From NCBI GenBank assembly GCA_051362555.1, contig CM120640.1, forward strand, positions 50,570,788 through 50,634,787: 64,000 nt of DNA. The letters run 5' to 3'. Shown one piece after another: positions 1-11,676 of this stretch (within the stretch, counting starts at the first letter, position 1; each line of letters begins with the position of its first letter). The notes under the pieces are model-generated. The model saw only the letters and a program-made list of their open reading frames with translations, did not search any database and was not told where the DNA came from. Both the position numbers and the translations under genes were made by a program. Source of the DNA: Lingula anatina (lineage: Eukaryota > Animalia > Brachiopoda).

Positions 1-124
1 AGAAGAATGCACATAAAAGGAAAAAAAGGTGTGGTATAAATTATTAAAGAATTCTTTTTGATATTTGTTCATGTACCACTACAAATTTGTCCCTGTCTTT
101 ATGGTGTTATGTTATACTATTCAG

Positions 125-3100
125 GTAAAGCTACTTCTGTTGGAGGAGTTGCAGGCGTAACCAGAAGTTTAATGGAGAAAATAAAGGTAATGTTTGTACT
201 TCATTAAAGCTAGTAAATTTTGTTTAAGAAAACTTTTACTAGCAGTGAGGATGAATGTCAGAGGTAAATTATGTGATGAACATTTTATAAATGTGAACAA
301 TTCTTTCTTTTATAGCCTCTTAAGTAATTTTATAATAACCAAGCAAATCCTTCATGGACAACATATACACACACACTTATGTATCTAGTACCCATTCATT
401 TATTTATATTTTAATATTTTAAACTGTAAAGTCTTAATGATAAGAAATAAATATAGGTGTACAAAATTCAAATCTGCACATTTTTAAAATGCACAAGAGT
501 GAAAATTGTGGTGTCCTTCGTGCCTTCTTTTTCATGTGTTACTCTGGGTCTTTGTAAATATTATTTTAAAATAAAGAATGATTTCATCTATATTACTGAC
601 CAAACGTGAGATTGGTTAAAACCTATCAAGCATTATGTAGGCAATGGAAGCACTTGTCATAGATCAGCAAATTTATTCCCTTAGCCTTTTACCTGTCATA
701 CTATAAAGCTTTTATAAGAGCTTGGTGAAGCAATAGACTTTAAGTTCGCATTTTTTTGCAGGTGTGTGAAGACCCTTTGATCTACCTCTATGACAGTCCA
801 GGAATCCTGCAACCAAATATCAAAGATGTTGAAGTTGGAATGAAACTGACACTGTGTGGTGAGCTTGCTGAACATTGCTTATGGACTTCAATGCTTCAAT
901 TTTAAATTAGTGTTTTGTGTGAGACAAAAAAAAAAAAAGATGTTCTTGACTAATTTTTGCATTCTTACACCATCAGTTTAACTCAACAAAATTGTTATTG
1001 ACTCATTGAGGTACAGAAATGTATACCCATGCTAGATATGTATTCCATTAATAAACAGTATGTAGTTATATGTCAAATTCACTGAAATGAATTCCATCGG
1101 TTTCCCCTCATTGAGGGTACTGGTTTATGATTATCAAAATACCAAAAAGGAGTTTTTTTTGTGCATCTAATCATTCAATAATACCTTTCTGCTGATTAAA
1201 AACAATAACAAGGCAGCAAAGCTGTCAAATGTACAGACAAAAAGCAGGAAATAACAAAATAGGCTACTGTCAATTCTGATGCAAAAGTACATTATGTTAA
1301 ACTGCAAATTCAACATCAAATTTTAATTATGCTCAACAGGTAATACCAATGTAAGTAAAATGTGAAACAAGCATAAAGCTTCAGGCCCATGGGAGTTCAA
1401 GTTCACACTTTGAAAATGTAAAACTTCCAGAAAAAGAAGTCAATTAGACTGCTTTTCCAACTCAGGCTGCATTTCAGTCCTGTATTTCTTTTTTGAAAGT
1501 TTGGCAATCATAAGTAACATGGTTTTCCCATAATGGTCATCATGGCAGCAACACCCAAAATTGTGTTTTCTTCTATTGTGATGCAATATTACATAATGGT
1601 TAACAGCATAATGACAATCAATTTTTAATAACAAAATATATGTATCATGGATTTTCAGAAAATGTGACTAGCATGGGTCTTCAAGCCTGTGGAACTTCAA
1701 AGTCACACCTTGAAAATGCCAATATGTGAAAAATTAAATTTTCACAAAAAAAAACTGTTTATCTGGCAGATTGCATTGCCTACTGAAGCTGTATTTTAGT
1801 CCTATGTTCTTTTCCTGTAAGTTTGAGAACAGTAAGTGACATGGTTTTTCTTAAAAGGTAATCATGGGAGCAGTGCCCAAAATAGGTTTTTTTCAAATTT
1901 TGATGCAATGTTACATAATGTTTAACAGCATAATGACCATCAATTTTTACTAATAAAATATTAGTATCATTGATATTCAGAAAATGTGACTAGCAAAGGT
2001 CTTCAGGCCCATGGAACTTCAAAGTCACAACTTGAAAATGCCAAAATGTAAACAAGACAGCACTGTTCTGAAATGTTTTTTTCCCCATTTTTAACAATTT
2101 TTAACATAAAACAAAATTAACAGTTTACTGCCATTTTTATATGATCAACTAAGAAAATTGATGACATGAGAAAAGTATCAATAGAGCAGTGTTAAATGTC
2201 CAATTTCTTCCATTCTGAGATTCTGAACATAGTGAATGATTGAATCTGACAAATTGCAATGATATGAGTTTATTTCCATTTTTGAAACTCTATTATACAA
2301 TACATGATAACAAGTTTACCATCATTTTTACATAATCAACTAACAATGTTGTAAAGATGCAGGAAATGTCAAACAAACACTTTCACGTATCTTATTAGTT
2401 TAATAATGAGACTGTTAACATGCCTAAAAATTGAATCTGAAGAAATGTGAAAAAACAGCATACCTTCTAAAATAATGGCACGATTATGCTGATTTACGAA
2501 CTCAACCTGCATTTTAGTAAAATTGACCACTCCTGTGACTTTCATGACAATTGGCCCATCTGTTTTTCTTATATTGTGTTTACAGTGTTGCATATAGGCT
2601 GAAAAGTGTAAAAAACAGCATAACTAGTAAAATAGTGGCCCGATCATGCCGATTTTTGAACTTGACCTGCGTTTTAGTAAGATTGATTACTCCTGTGAGT
2701 TTCATGACAACAGGTCTATCGGTTTTCCTTGAAATGTGTTAACAGTGTTGCATATATGCTGAAAAGTGAAAAAACAGCATAACTACTAAAATAGTGGCCC
2801 GATCATGCCGATTTTCGAACTTGATCTGCGTTTTAGTAAGACTGATTACTCCTGTGAGTTTCATGACAACAGGCCAATCAGTTTTCTTTGAAATGTGTTA
2901 ACAGTGTTGCATATATGCTAAAAAGTGAAAAAAACAGCATAAATTCTACAATAATGGCCCGATCATGCTGATTTTCGAACTTGACCTGCATTTTATGAAT
3001 ATTAGTCAGCTCTGTAAATATAAAGCCAAAAAGTAAAACTGTCTTCCACTTATGGTGTTAACGCTGAAAGTGCACGGCGACGGCGACAGCGACGGCGACA

Positions 3101-4423
3101 TGATCGGCGACGGCGACGACAGACGCAGGTGATGGCAATATGTACAGGCACATCTGTGTCTGTACATAAAAATCCCTCTTGAAGTATAAAGCATGTTAGC
3201 ATTTATACAACTTATTGCTAAGTGTAAGTATATGTATAGGCACCTCAGTGTTTATTAACGATAGAATTTCAGTCAGGCATTAGCAGGGATAATGTATCGA
3301 ATAAATCTATTATATTTTGACTAAATATTGGCATAAAATAACATATTTTAGTTGATTCAGTCTTGTTTACATTTTGTTTCAGCAACAGTTCAAGATCATT
3401 TAATTGGTGAAGTCACCATTGTAGACTACATGTTATACTGGCTAAATAAACATGGATATTTCACGTGAGAGAATTCAATTCTTGTTTTCAAAAAGAAATG
3501 TATCAAATTGAGAAAAGTTAAAAGGATGTATACAAAGATGTAGTTATATGTCAGTCATTTATTCATTGTCATTTATTTCTGAAACATACTACCTTTTGGC
3601 ACATGGTCTAAATGCTAAAATATATGTTTACAATGGCAAGTAACTATGTATCAAGTCATGAGGATAAATGCTAATATTAATTTTTCCTGCATTTCAGTTC
3701 ACATACACAGCTTAATTCCACGCATTGTTTGAAGTAAAGTAGTAATATTTGTTTATCTTTTATGTTATTTATAAAAATTATGTTACCCAAATACTGCTGA
3801 TATAAATCATTTTTGTAGCAAAGACATTAACCTTAAGTTTCCTCATGTATGGCAATGCCATTTTTATCAAATGTCATCTTTATCTGTGTTTAGGTATGTG
3901 AAACATTTTGAATTAGATGAGCCTGTGGATGATGTGAAGGAATTTCTTGCCCATATTGCAAGAAAACACAAGAAAATACTAAAACAGAAATCGGTGGAAA
4001 GTAAGTTTAATTTTGCTTCAGCTTTTTTTTTTAATTTTAGTTTCTCAGACATGAATTTTTTCGGCAGAATCACAAAATTTCAGATTTTTTAATGCAAATT
4101 CTGAAGTGTTCTGAGAGTTTTCAAGTCCAGCACCACAATAAATGTTCAGATTATTTTTTTCAAACCCAGGTTCATGTCTGGTTTCTGTTTGGTGTTATTT
4201 CATAAAATTTAACCAACTGCTACTTTTTCCACTTAAAGTTAGTTACTTTTCTAATTTGACATGGATGTTTTTTTTCAACGTACACATTAATATTCCATAT
4301 TTTTCAGCAAATCAGTACGTTTACAGGCTAGACTTTCAAAGTGCAGCAGTTATAGCATTAAAAGCATTCAGACAAGGGAAGCTTGGCAAATTCACCCTTG
4401 ATGAAGATATAATTCCATGCTGA
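125..4423 (+). CDS. MTG1: Mitochondrial ribosome-associated GTPase 1 (RbgA/YlqF family), last five coding exons; the 5' part lies upstream of the window
   Basis: GT-AG exons 125-186, 762-858, 3383-3464, 3894-4000 and 4308-4423 splice in frame to KATSVGGVAGVTRSLMEKIKVCEDPLIYLYDSPGILQPNIKDVEVGMKLTLCATVQDHLIGE...AFRQGKLGKFTLDEDIIPC*. This matches the MTG1 G2 (GVTR) and G3 (DxPG) motifs and the C-terminal FRxGxLG motif. Confidence 0.93.
1207..3172 (-). mobile_element. Non-autonomous Helentron-type element (HINE family B) in an MTG1 intron
   Basis: In element orientation: T-run, ATGTACAGACA subterminal repeat with a 5' hairpin, (CGT/CGC)n microsatellite, ~160-bp tandem units (2452-3000), ~310-bp units, then TGTCTGTACAT, a GACAGCtttGCTGCC hairpin and TTGTT. 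Homologous to 16231 onward. Confidence 0.7.
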
Positions 4424-5675
4424 AAATGCTGGAATCGAGTTGTGCTGCTGGGTTGTCCACGTCCGTCTTCTACACGTGGAAGTGAATTTTAAAGTGAATG
4501 TAAATATTTGTTTTAAAAAAAATTCAAGGGATAACTTCACATGCTACAGAAGATACAGCTTTATCATGACTTTAGTGGAATATCAAACTATAGTTTAACA
4601 TCTACTATCAAATGCAAGTCACCATGAAAGTACAAGAAATGCATGTAACTGCTCACTCTGCTTAAGCAAAGTGCATAGAGTGTAAAAAGTATTTTTAATT
4701 GTTACTTAAGGGCATTTTTTATTTTAGAACTTTACACAGATAGATAATAAATACTCATGTGTGACTAATCATGTCAGAAACAAAAGTTATTACTTCTGCA
4801 GGTCCATATCCTTCATTCAATCACATTAACTGATTTCTGAAACTTGCATCTCCATATCAGTGGCACCCATGCACACTTAGATCAAGAGTGCAGAGTTGCT
4901 CACCAACTGATTGATGATGATAGAGCCATTTTCCTTCTTGTAAAGAAAACTTATAAATAAATGCAGTCTATGCAAGGTAAACACTAAAGAAAAGTTAATA
5001 TCATATCTGCCGTTCACTATTGGTATCTTCTTAATAAACTACATGAAAAGTTGAGACAAGAACATCAATTATGCTTGATGATTATGGGCAATGGTCCATA
5101 TAAACTTCAGTTTTTTAGTTGATTCAAGCATAAGAAAATGTTAATTTTAAATTTGCTATCATACGTTTTTGAAATGAGTTAGAAATAAACTGCACAGTTT
5201 GACAAGGTTTCTAATTTTTTATGTAGAATTGGTGACCTGTTGCTGTGACAAACATATTTGTAATTCTGCTCAATATCTATAATAAATGATATATTTATCT
5301 GTATTGTGTATGTGGAGAATAGTTCAACTTTATATCACAAAAATTTGCAGTGGTTGTTCAGATCGGAAGCATATGAAGAACAAAACCAAGGCTGAATTTT
5401 TTTGGTAAGATTTCTTGTGAAAGAGTACTAGATCTAGTAAACAATACTTTAATAGACAGTCTAGTTAACACATTTTTATCGAGGAATTGAAAACATACAG
5501 TGAGAAAACTATGAAACACCATTTTGTGGTCCTATACAACATACCAAAAAGTGGCTTTAATATCACTGATAACAACCTACTTTTGCAATTTCTATAGCTA
5601 AATTTGAAATTAAAGAGATTTTCATCAGCAAACCAGACATTATTTATAATTGCACAAATAGGGCATCAAAAACTC

Positions 5676-8600
5676 TCATAAATCCCCCTTGGCCCACTGA
5701 AATTGATTACTCATTTCGTATTCACATATATCTAATGCAACTTCACAGCTCTCCTTTACAACTCTCTCTGAATCTTTGAGATAGTCCTGCAAAACTGTCA
5801 TGCTCTCTTCTGTTGCTATAGAACCCAGTGCTTCAGCACATTCATGTCGGACCATTGGATGCTCCTGTAAGTCTTTGAGATTTTCAATAAGCTGTGTTAC
5901 ACAAGCTGGATGCTGCATCTGTCCTAGTACATAGGCAATCTCATGTCTGAATAGAGCACTGTTGCATTTTAAACCTAAAGACAAACATGAAACCTAATTT
6001 AAAAACCTGTGTTTCATTTTATTGATGCCTTCATTAATTTCTTTAGTTGTGGAAGCTTCATCATAAGACATTTCCTCTGCTTCAATTTCAGCATGACAAA
6101 ACTGAATGTATGATTATAAGTATCACTAAGGAAAAACCTAATTTTCAACATATAAGACTATTCTATTTACTTCATATCTTTTCTATTTATTTATACACAA
6201 TCTTACTTATTTATACATAATGCAAAGCATTTACATACAATAAAAATATTTTAGCTTTAAATTACAACCAATCAAATGCATTTTAAGGGAAAAAAACAAT
6301 ATTGTTACCTTCAGCCAATGCTAATACTGATGCAGAATCCCCTATGTTCCTGAGCGAAAACATTGCCCTATATCTTTGAAACAGTGGCAACTTTTCATCC
6401 AATAGTGTCTGTTTCAAAATATGGACACTGTCTTCAGCACAGGGTGGAGCTGGGTCAACTGAGAAATATGGGTTTTCTGTTATGGCCTCCCTTTTGTTTG
6501 TATCACTATGCAGCCATTCCAATCTTTTCAGAGCCAACTCGCAGGTTTCAGATAACTGGAAATAAGAATTAACACTGATAAGGCAGTCAAATGATTTATG
6601 AGGTATTATCAAAGTACTATCAAATGAGCCTTAAACTACAAATAAAAATCTACATTTAATTTGATACATTTCAATCACTAAAATTAAACAGCTCATGAGA
6701 TATTTATTAAATTAGAAAATGTGTAACAGCTTTTAAAATTGCCTTGCACGTACCTCTAAAATTGGATCTTGTAAATATTTCTTTAGTACAGCAATGACTT
6801 CCTTAGAATTCACTCCAATTGCTCCTAGTGCTTCCCCTAGTGATACACATGCACATTGGATTAGTTTCTAAATTTAACCAAATTCAAATAGCTTTTAATG
6901 AAACAAAATATTACTAAACTTTCAATTTATTTTAAGTTAAGACTTAACACACGTGTATTAACTTACTGGTATATAAGCTATAATACCCCGGTATTTTAAT
7001 GAGTATTAACTGTGGGAGTGTGAGTAGATTCTTAAAGGACAATGTTCATGTAAAAATCCATTTCTCGAATTTTGAAGATACAGCACTCAATCTATACACT
7101 AGAGGTATGTTTTAATCGATCCCCGCCATTTAAAAATTATAAAAACAATCTATTAGTAGAAAAAAAGCGTTTTAGTAAACCTCACCTCAATATGCAAAAA
7201 TGAAGCAACAGATCTGGGTCACGTGGTACTGTGACGACAATCACGATAAAGGTCTATGAGACTCAACTGAGCTGCAGGTGCATACAGACGGAGAAGTTAA
7301 GGAAAGTTGTGTTGAACGGAGTTGAGGAATTTTCGTTATGCCTCGGTGTGTTGCCGTGGGATTCACCAAAATTGCAGCTCTCGTTGACAATCTTTCTTTG
7401 TCTGTGACGGTCTTCCGTGACTTACTTACTAACTTCGGTGACAATAGTTGCGATGCTCTAGATCATGGTCACCTCAGGTGGTTTAGATCGTATCAAGAGC
7501 TGGTAGTCTTTCAGATTAACTGTCATCAGTTGGCAAACTTACTGATTGCTGATGCATTTTAAATGCATTGTAGTTGACCAAAAGCTCGTTTACAACAAAC
7601 CTGTTAATTATGCACCGCTGCAATTCACAAGCCAGGTAATAACAGGTATGAAACTCGTCTTGGTGGGCTTTCATATTTTTCAATATATCTCATTTATTTC
7701 ATGGGGTTATTTTATTGGTATTTGTAAATGACGTTAAATATCAATACTTAAACAATTAAGTTCAAACACGGTCGCGAACATTAATAAAAGAAATTGCTCT
7801 CAGGGTATCTTGAAGCTTCCGTGGAAGAAAACGTGTTGAGGAAAAACAGGAAAAAGAGCGTTATATTAAAGAAAAAATGGGAACTGCTATAATAAAATGG
7901 TTCGTTATCCTAATTCGTTTATGCTTTGAGGATTTGTTTCTGAAGATTATTTCATCTGAAATATTAAAGAATTTAAAAGATTGATTATTTTATAACTTGA
8001 GACGCAAATTCTGCGTCAGTACGCAATTTTTTTTTTTTTTTTGCAAATTTGTAAGCTTATAACAACATGCTATAAAGATCTACTCTAGAAAAAAATTTGC
8101 TTGGGTAAAATTGAGTACGGAATGAACTGGAGACACTTGGCTTGTCATTAAGTTTACACGAAAATATGTCAGGTAACTTTATACTGTCTTTGAAAGAGTA
8201 AAGATTGAAAGATAATTTTAGACAAACTTTGACGGGGGAAATACCTACAAAGAGTAATGGGCTATTTCGCCAACATCTTGTTGAAAATTTTACACTGCAA
8301 TTCTATTCAAATAAGCTAAGGAACTAATTGCCAAATTAATACTCTCATCACATAACAGGGGGGTAACCAGACCTGCAAAAATTGTACGCACATATTTAAA
8401 AAGATAACAAGCACATACAGCAAAATGTAGACTTACGCAAAACATGAAGGACAGCGTAATCACAGCAAATGTACCTCATATAGTAGCTTAATTTCCATTA
8501 ATAATAAAATCATCATTTAAGTCAAAAATATTCTTGCGATTTAATAACTATTTTAATTTACCCAGAACGGTATATTTATTTTAAAGGCGGTTAACTGAAA

Positions 8601-9910
8601 TATAGTTTTATGATTTGTTTGTGAAAATTGCCCATGTCACCCTGTTAGTTTGGAGGTCTAAGCTGGATCAAGTCCGTGTTAACATTCCTATGAAGTTGTG
8701 CAGGAAAAGTTCTTCCTTTCTTTCTCTAGCTCCTCGATAAACCTGGTGTTCAGATTTTATCTAGTACCCCCAGGTCTACGGGAGCTGCGCTTTGTAACTA
8801 ACGCACAGGTAGATTTTTACCTGAGATAACTGGAGTAAAGCTTAGATAGAGAGTGCGTTCGATACAAGCAAGACAAATTGAATGCCATTTAACCCTCTAA
8901 TTAAGAGGTAAAGGAAGTTCCAGGTAGATGGATGATTAAGATAGGACTTGTAAAGGTAACAGGCATTGTTTACCTCAGTTTAATAAAAGTATGCAAGACG
9001 GAGTGTCAGCGGTTTAATAAAATAACTTGAAGTTCACAAATAACATGGACCTCATATGCAATAATCAACATTTCCCTTCACTCATTCAAATGCAGTGTTT
9101 TATACAACTTGGGATAACCATAATGAAATGCTTGTTAAAGAAATGACTAGACGGGAAATGGTTTTACACAGCTTCACGAGGATTTAGACCCCTCGGGTAA
9201 GAGATTTGAATGAGTATAAACTTTTATCAGAAGCCAGAGAAGTCATCTTACAGGTGGACAATGCAGCTCAGTTTGACAGCTAAGCACGCTCTGTTCTCCA
9301 GTGGCTCGATTGTCGTCATTGGACCACGTGACCACATAGCTCATTAACTCCCAGGCCGAGCAAATAGGACGTTTTTTAAAGCCAAAAATTTACAAAATGA
9401 GCTTTTAATTTGTGTATTTGGATAAAGATATCGTTAGTTGGGCATGTTTTCTGAAGAATATGTTCCGTTCAGGCCATTCTGACGGCATGAAGCAAACCCT
9501 TTAAAACATGCAAATAATGTTAAATTTCGTACATTTTATTACGTTGTTCGTAACAACTATTATCATAGCAATGTCGGTTTTTTACTTACAGGCTTATAGT
9601 ACGTCTGTGCTGGTAAATTTTACTGACCTGCTTCGTGTCTTACTATGGGGTCTTCGTTAACATTTTCCAACACTTGAATCAACGTTGATATGGCCATGGC
9701 GTCTTGCATCTGCCCTAAACAGTATGCACATTCATGTTTTAATAAGGCTGAAGAATCAGAAAATCCCTTCGATATACACTCTATTGCATCCTTTCCACCA
9801 ATGTTCTTCAATGCGAATAAGGCGCGGTATCGCTGTTTCATCGGTCGGCTATCGTCCTGCAGAAGTTGTCCTATTGAGAGAATTTGGTCCCTAGTAAAAT
9901 TCTTCGCCAT
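5676..9910 (-). CDS. DOHH: Deoxyhypusine hydroxylase (HEAT-repeat di-iron enzyme), ~303 aa, 4 coding exons
   Basis: Exons 9910-9628, 6836-6754, 6555-6309 and 5974-5676 total 912 nt in frame. All four His-Glu iron ligands are intact (LKHECAYCLGQ, VRHEAGEALG, FRHEIAYVLGQ, VRHECAEALG), and the SVDPAPP linker is present. Confidence 0.96.
7036..9500 (+). mobile_element. Non-autonomous Kolobok DNA transposon, copy 1 (DOHH intron)
   Basis: TTAA|AGG...CCT|TTAA ends and imperfect TIRs (AGGACAATGTTCATG / AGGGTTTGCTTCATG). Subterminal inverted GGTCACGTGGT...TGACGACAATC motifs. THAP-like start MPRCVAVG at 7338 (+) and a KolX-like VIPSCIKHCI* remnant at 9121-9086 (-). Near-identical copy at 19522-21986. 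Confidence 0.8.
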
Positions 9911-10029
9911 TACGAGCTTGAAAAAGTAAAGGGATTGTAAGACCACTACGTGTATACCAAGAAATATGTGAAAATGTTAAGTAATTTAACCAACCCACGT
10001 TTCGTGATGAAACGACCTTCACCTGTAAT

Positions 10030-10290
10030 ACAGAAAATGTGGAATATACACAACGTGGAACATACGTGCCTGTTATAACAGACTACATTAAGAACGCTGG
10101 AGACAGGGGAATCAGAGATGCACTTTTTATCAGTTTAACTCTATATGGAATAAAAAACACACGGAATATTTGTATAATAATTTCACTGACGTGCCGTCAA
10201 ATGTAAACCCGATCTTAGTTTCTTACGCTTCCATCACGGGAGAGCCGAGACACCAAAACAAAATTTGTTAGAAGCACTGAGTTGCGGTAA
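10030..10290. promoter_or_regulatory. Probable CpG-retaining bidirectional promoter shared by DOHH (-) and C9orf72 (+), with putative non-coding first exons
   Basis: The two genes are head-to-head, and CpGs are locally abundant from ~9.5 to 10.6 kb. There is a + strand donor GCG|GTAAGA at 10286/10287, a - strand acceptor (TTTTTCAAG|) at 9917-9918 just before the DOHH ATG, and a CRE-like TGACGT at 10187. Transcription starts are inferred. Confidence 0.5.
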
Positions 10291-10806
10291 GAAATTGGAA
10301 CTTAGTGATTTATGGTTTTTTATGCCTTTTGTTCGCATTGCTTAACGATCTAATATAGTAGTGCCAAAGTCCATATTGTTCAGTGTGTTTGACTTATCGC
10401 TCGGGTACAAGATATTGTTCACGCAAAATCATACTTTCCATAGGCTATTACAGGCGGAAAATGATATCGTGGACCCGCAACTGTTATCTTATCAACCGCA
10501 CCGAGACTGAATTTATTACTCCTAACTGATTATAAAAAAATTGAATCATTTTATCTAGGTGACGGTCAGTGCGTCCCACAATATTACGGATCGAACAATG
10601 ACAAAGGCAATGTAGGTATTGTGTTTCTACAATACAGTTACATGAACATGTACATGTAGTACTAACACACTGTAACTGTATTTTGGAAAAAAAGTATGCT
10701 CTACACAGCCGTCACTGGTAAAGCAGATTCCTTGAGCACAGTTTGAGCTGATAGAGGATTGTACTCAAACAACTACTAGTGGATATACCTGTGGCATTCC
10801 ATATCA

Positions 10807-11079
10807 ATGAGGCCTGACTGGACTGCTCAGTTTCTTTATCGAGAAGACATAACACTTTTACTTCTGAATTATTTGCTGTTCTCAACAATTGTTCTGACAT
10901 TTGTGATATTTTTGATGATCCTGACCCAAGCCTCATCAGATGGTGATGATCCATATCTTGATGCATTTGCCATTATGGCATTGATGGGTACATCTTTCTT
11001 TATATCTAATCTACTGCTTGCACGATATATGGTCCAGGCTATGATAGTGAGCAAGGAGATACGTCGCATAAGGATTTGA
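10807..11079 (+). CDS. Hypothetical 90-aa small membrane protein with two predicted TM helices, lying in the C9orf72 5' intron/UTR region
   Basis: ATG-to-TGA ORF with two long hydrophobic stretches, an acidic loop (SSDGDDPYLD) and a basic tail (KEIRRIRI). A candidate acceptor CTACACAG| lies at 10708. No family was recognised. Confidence 0.4.
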   Translation: MRPDWTAQFLYREDITLLLLNYLLFSTIVLTFVIFLMILTQASSDGDDPYLDAFAIMALMGTSFFISNLLLARYMVQAMIVSKEIRRIRI

Positions 11080-11676
11080 AGATAGTACATACATACTATA
11101 GTGAGTTTTAGCATGATGTGAGATAGTAATAGTTCATAGATCATTATTTGTACACAAGCAAAACGTTGTGAAGCTTGAATTTTTAAAGTACTTAGCATAT
11201 GGTCAACTTGAACAAAGGCCTCCATCAGAGTGAATATAGATATTATTTTTGACTGCTTTGTAAGCTAGTGTAAAAGCTTCATAATCTTTAATGTTTTATG
11301 TATAACTAATGGTCTTTGTGCTCTATATATAAAAAGCTGATGGATTTTTTTTTTGCAGAAATAGAGCTAGTTTTGAATTTCGTAATGGTCTCTTTATATT
11401 TCAAAATTTCATTAAATTTCATGTTAATTACCTCCCATTGGTCTTTCTTTACATATACCTGATACAGTTTTATTGCATATACTAGTTCCATGAAGGAATT
11501 TTACAGTTACCATATTTTATTACTCTTTAGAAATCAGGTTTTACTAGGGTGTTTGCTTTTTTTGAGCACTTACAACGACAATTAGCCATGAAATTTCTTA
11601 CATCTAATATATCGCCATATTGATTGTAATTTCAGTAGATTTTTTATTTCAGATACATCAGTACCATTGCAACATC

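Noticed and set aside
2450-3000. Regularly spaced repeats resembling a CRISPR array (also at 16400-16790)
   Set aside because: The whole ~160-bp units repeat with no unique spacers. The context is a eukaryotic intron and there are no cas genes. These are HINE core repeats.
7241-7731. ORFs repeated at 7338/19810 and 7546/20033 as duplicated genes
   Set aside because: Their identity reflects the duplicated Kolobok element, and they are at most decayed transposon remnants.
10712-11225. Minus-strand ORFs of 84 and 118 aa as upstream DOHH exons
   Set aside because: DOHH is complete from ATG 9910. These ORFs are antisense to the 90-aa ORF and have no recognisable features.
10287-11652. A GGGGCC-type repeat in the C9orf72 first intron
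   Set aside because: No hexanucleotide or G-rich tandem repeat is present.
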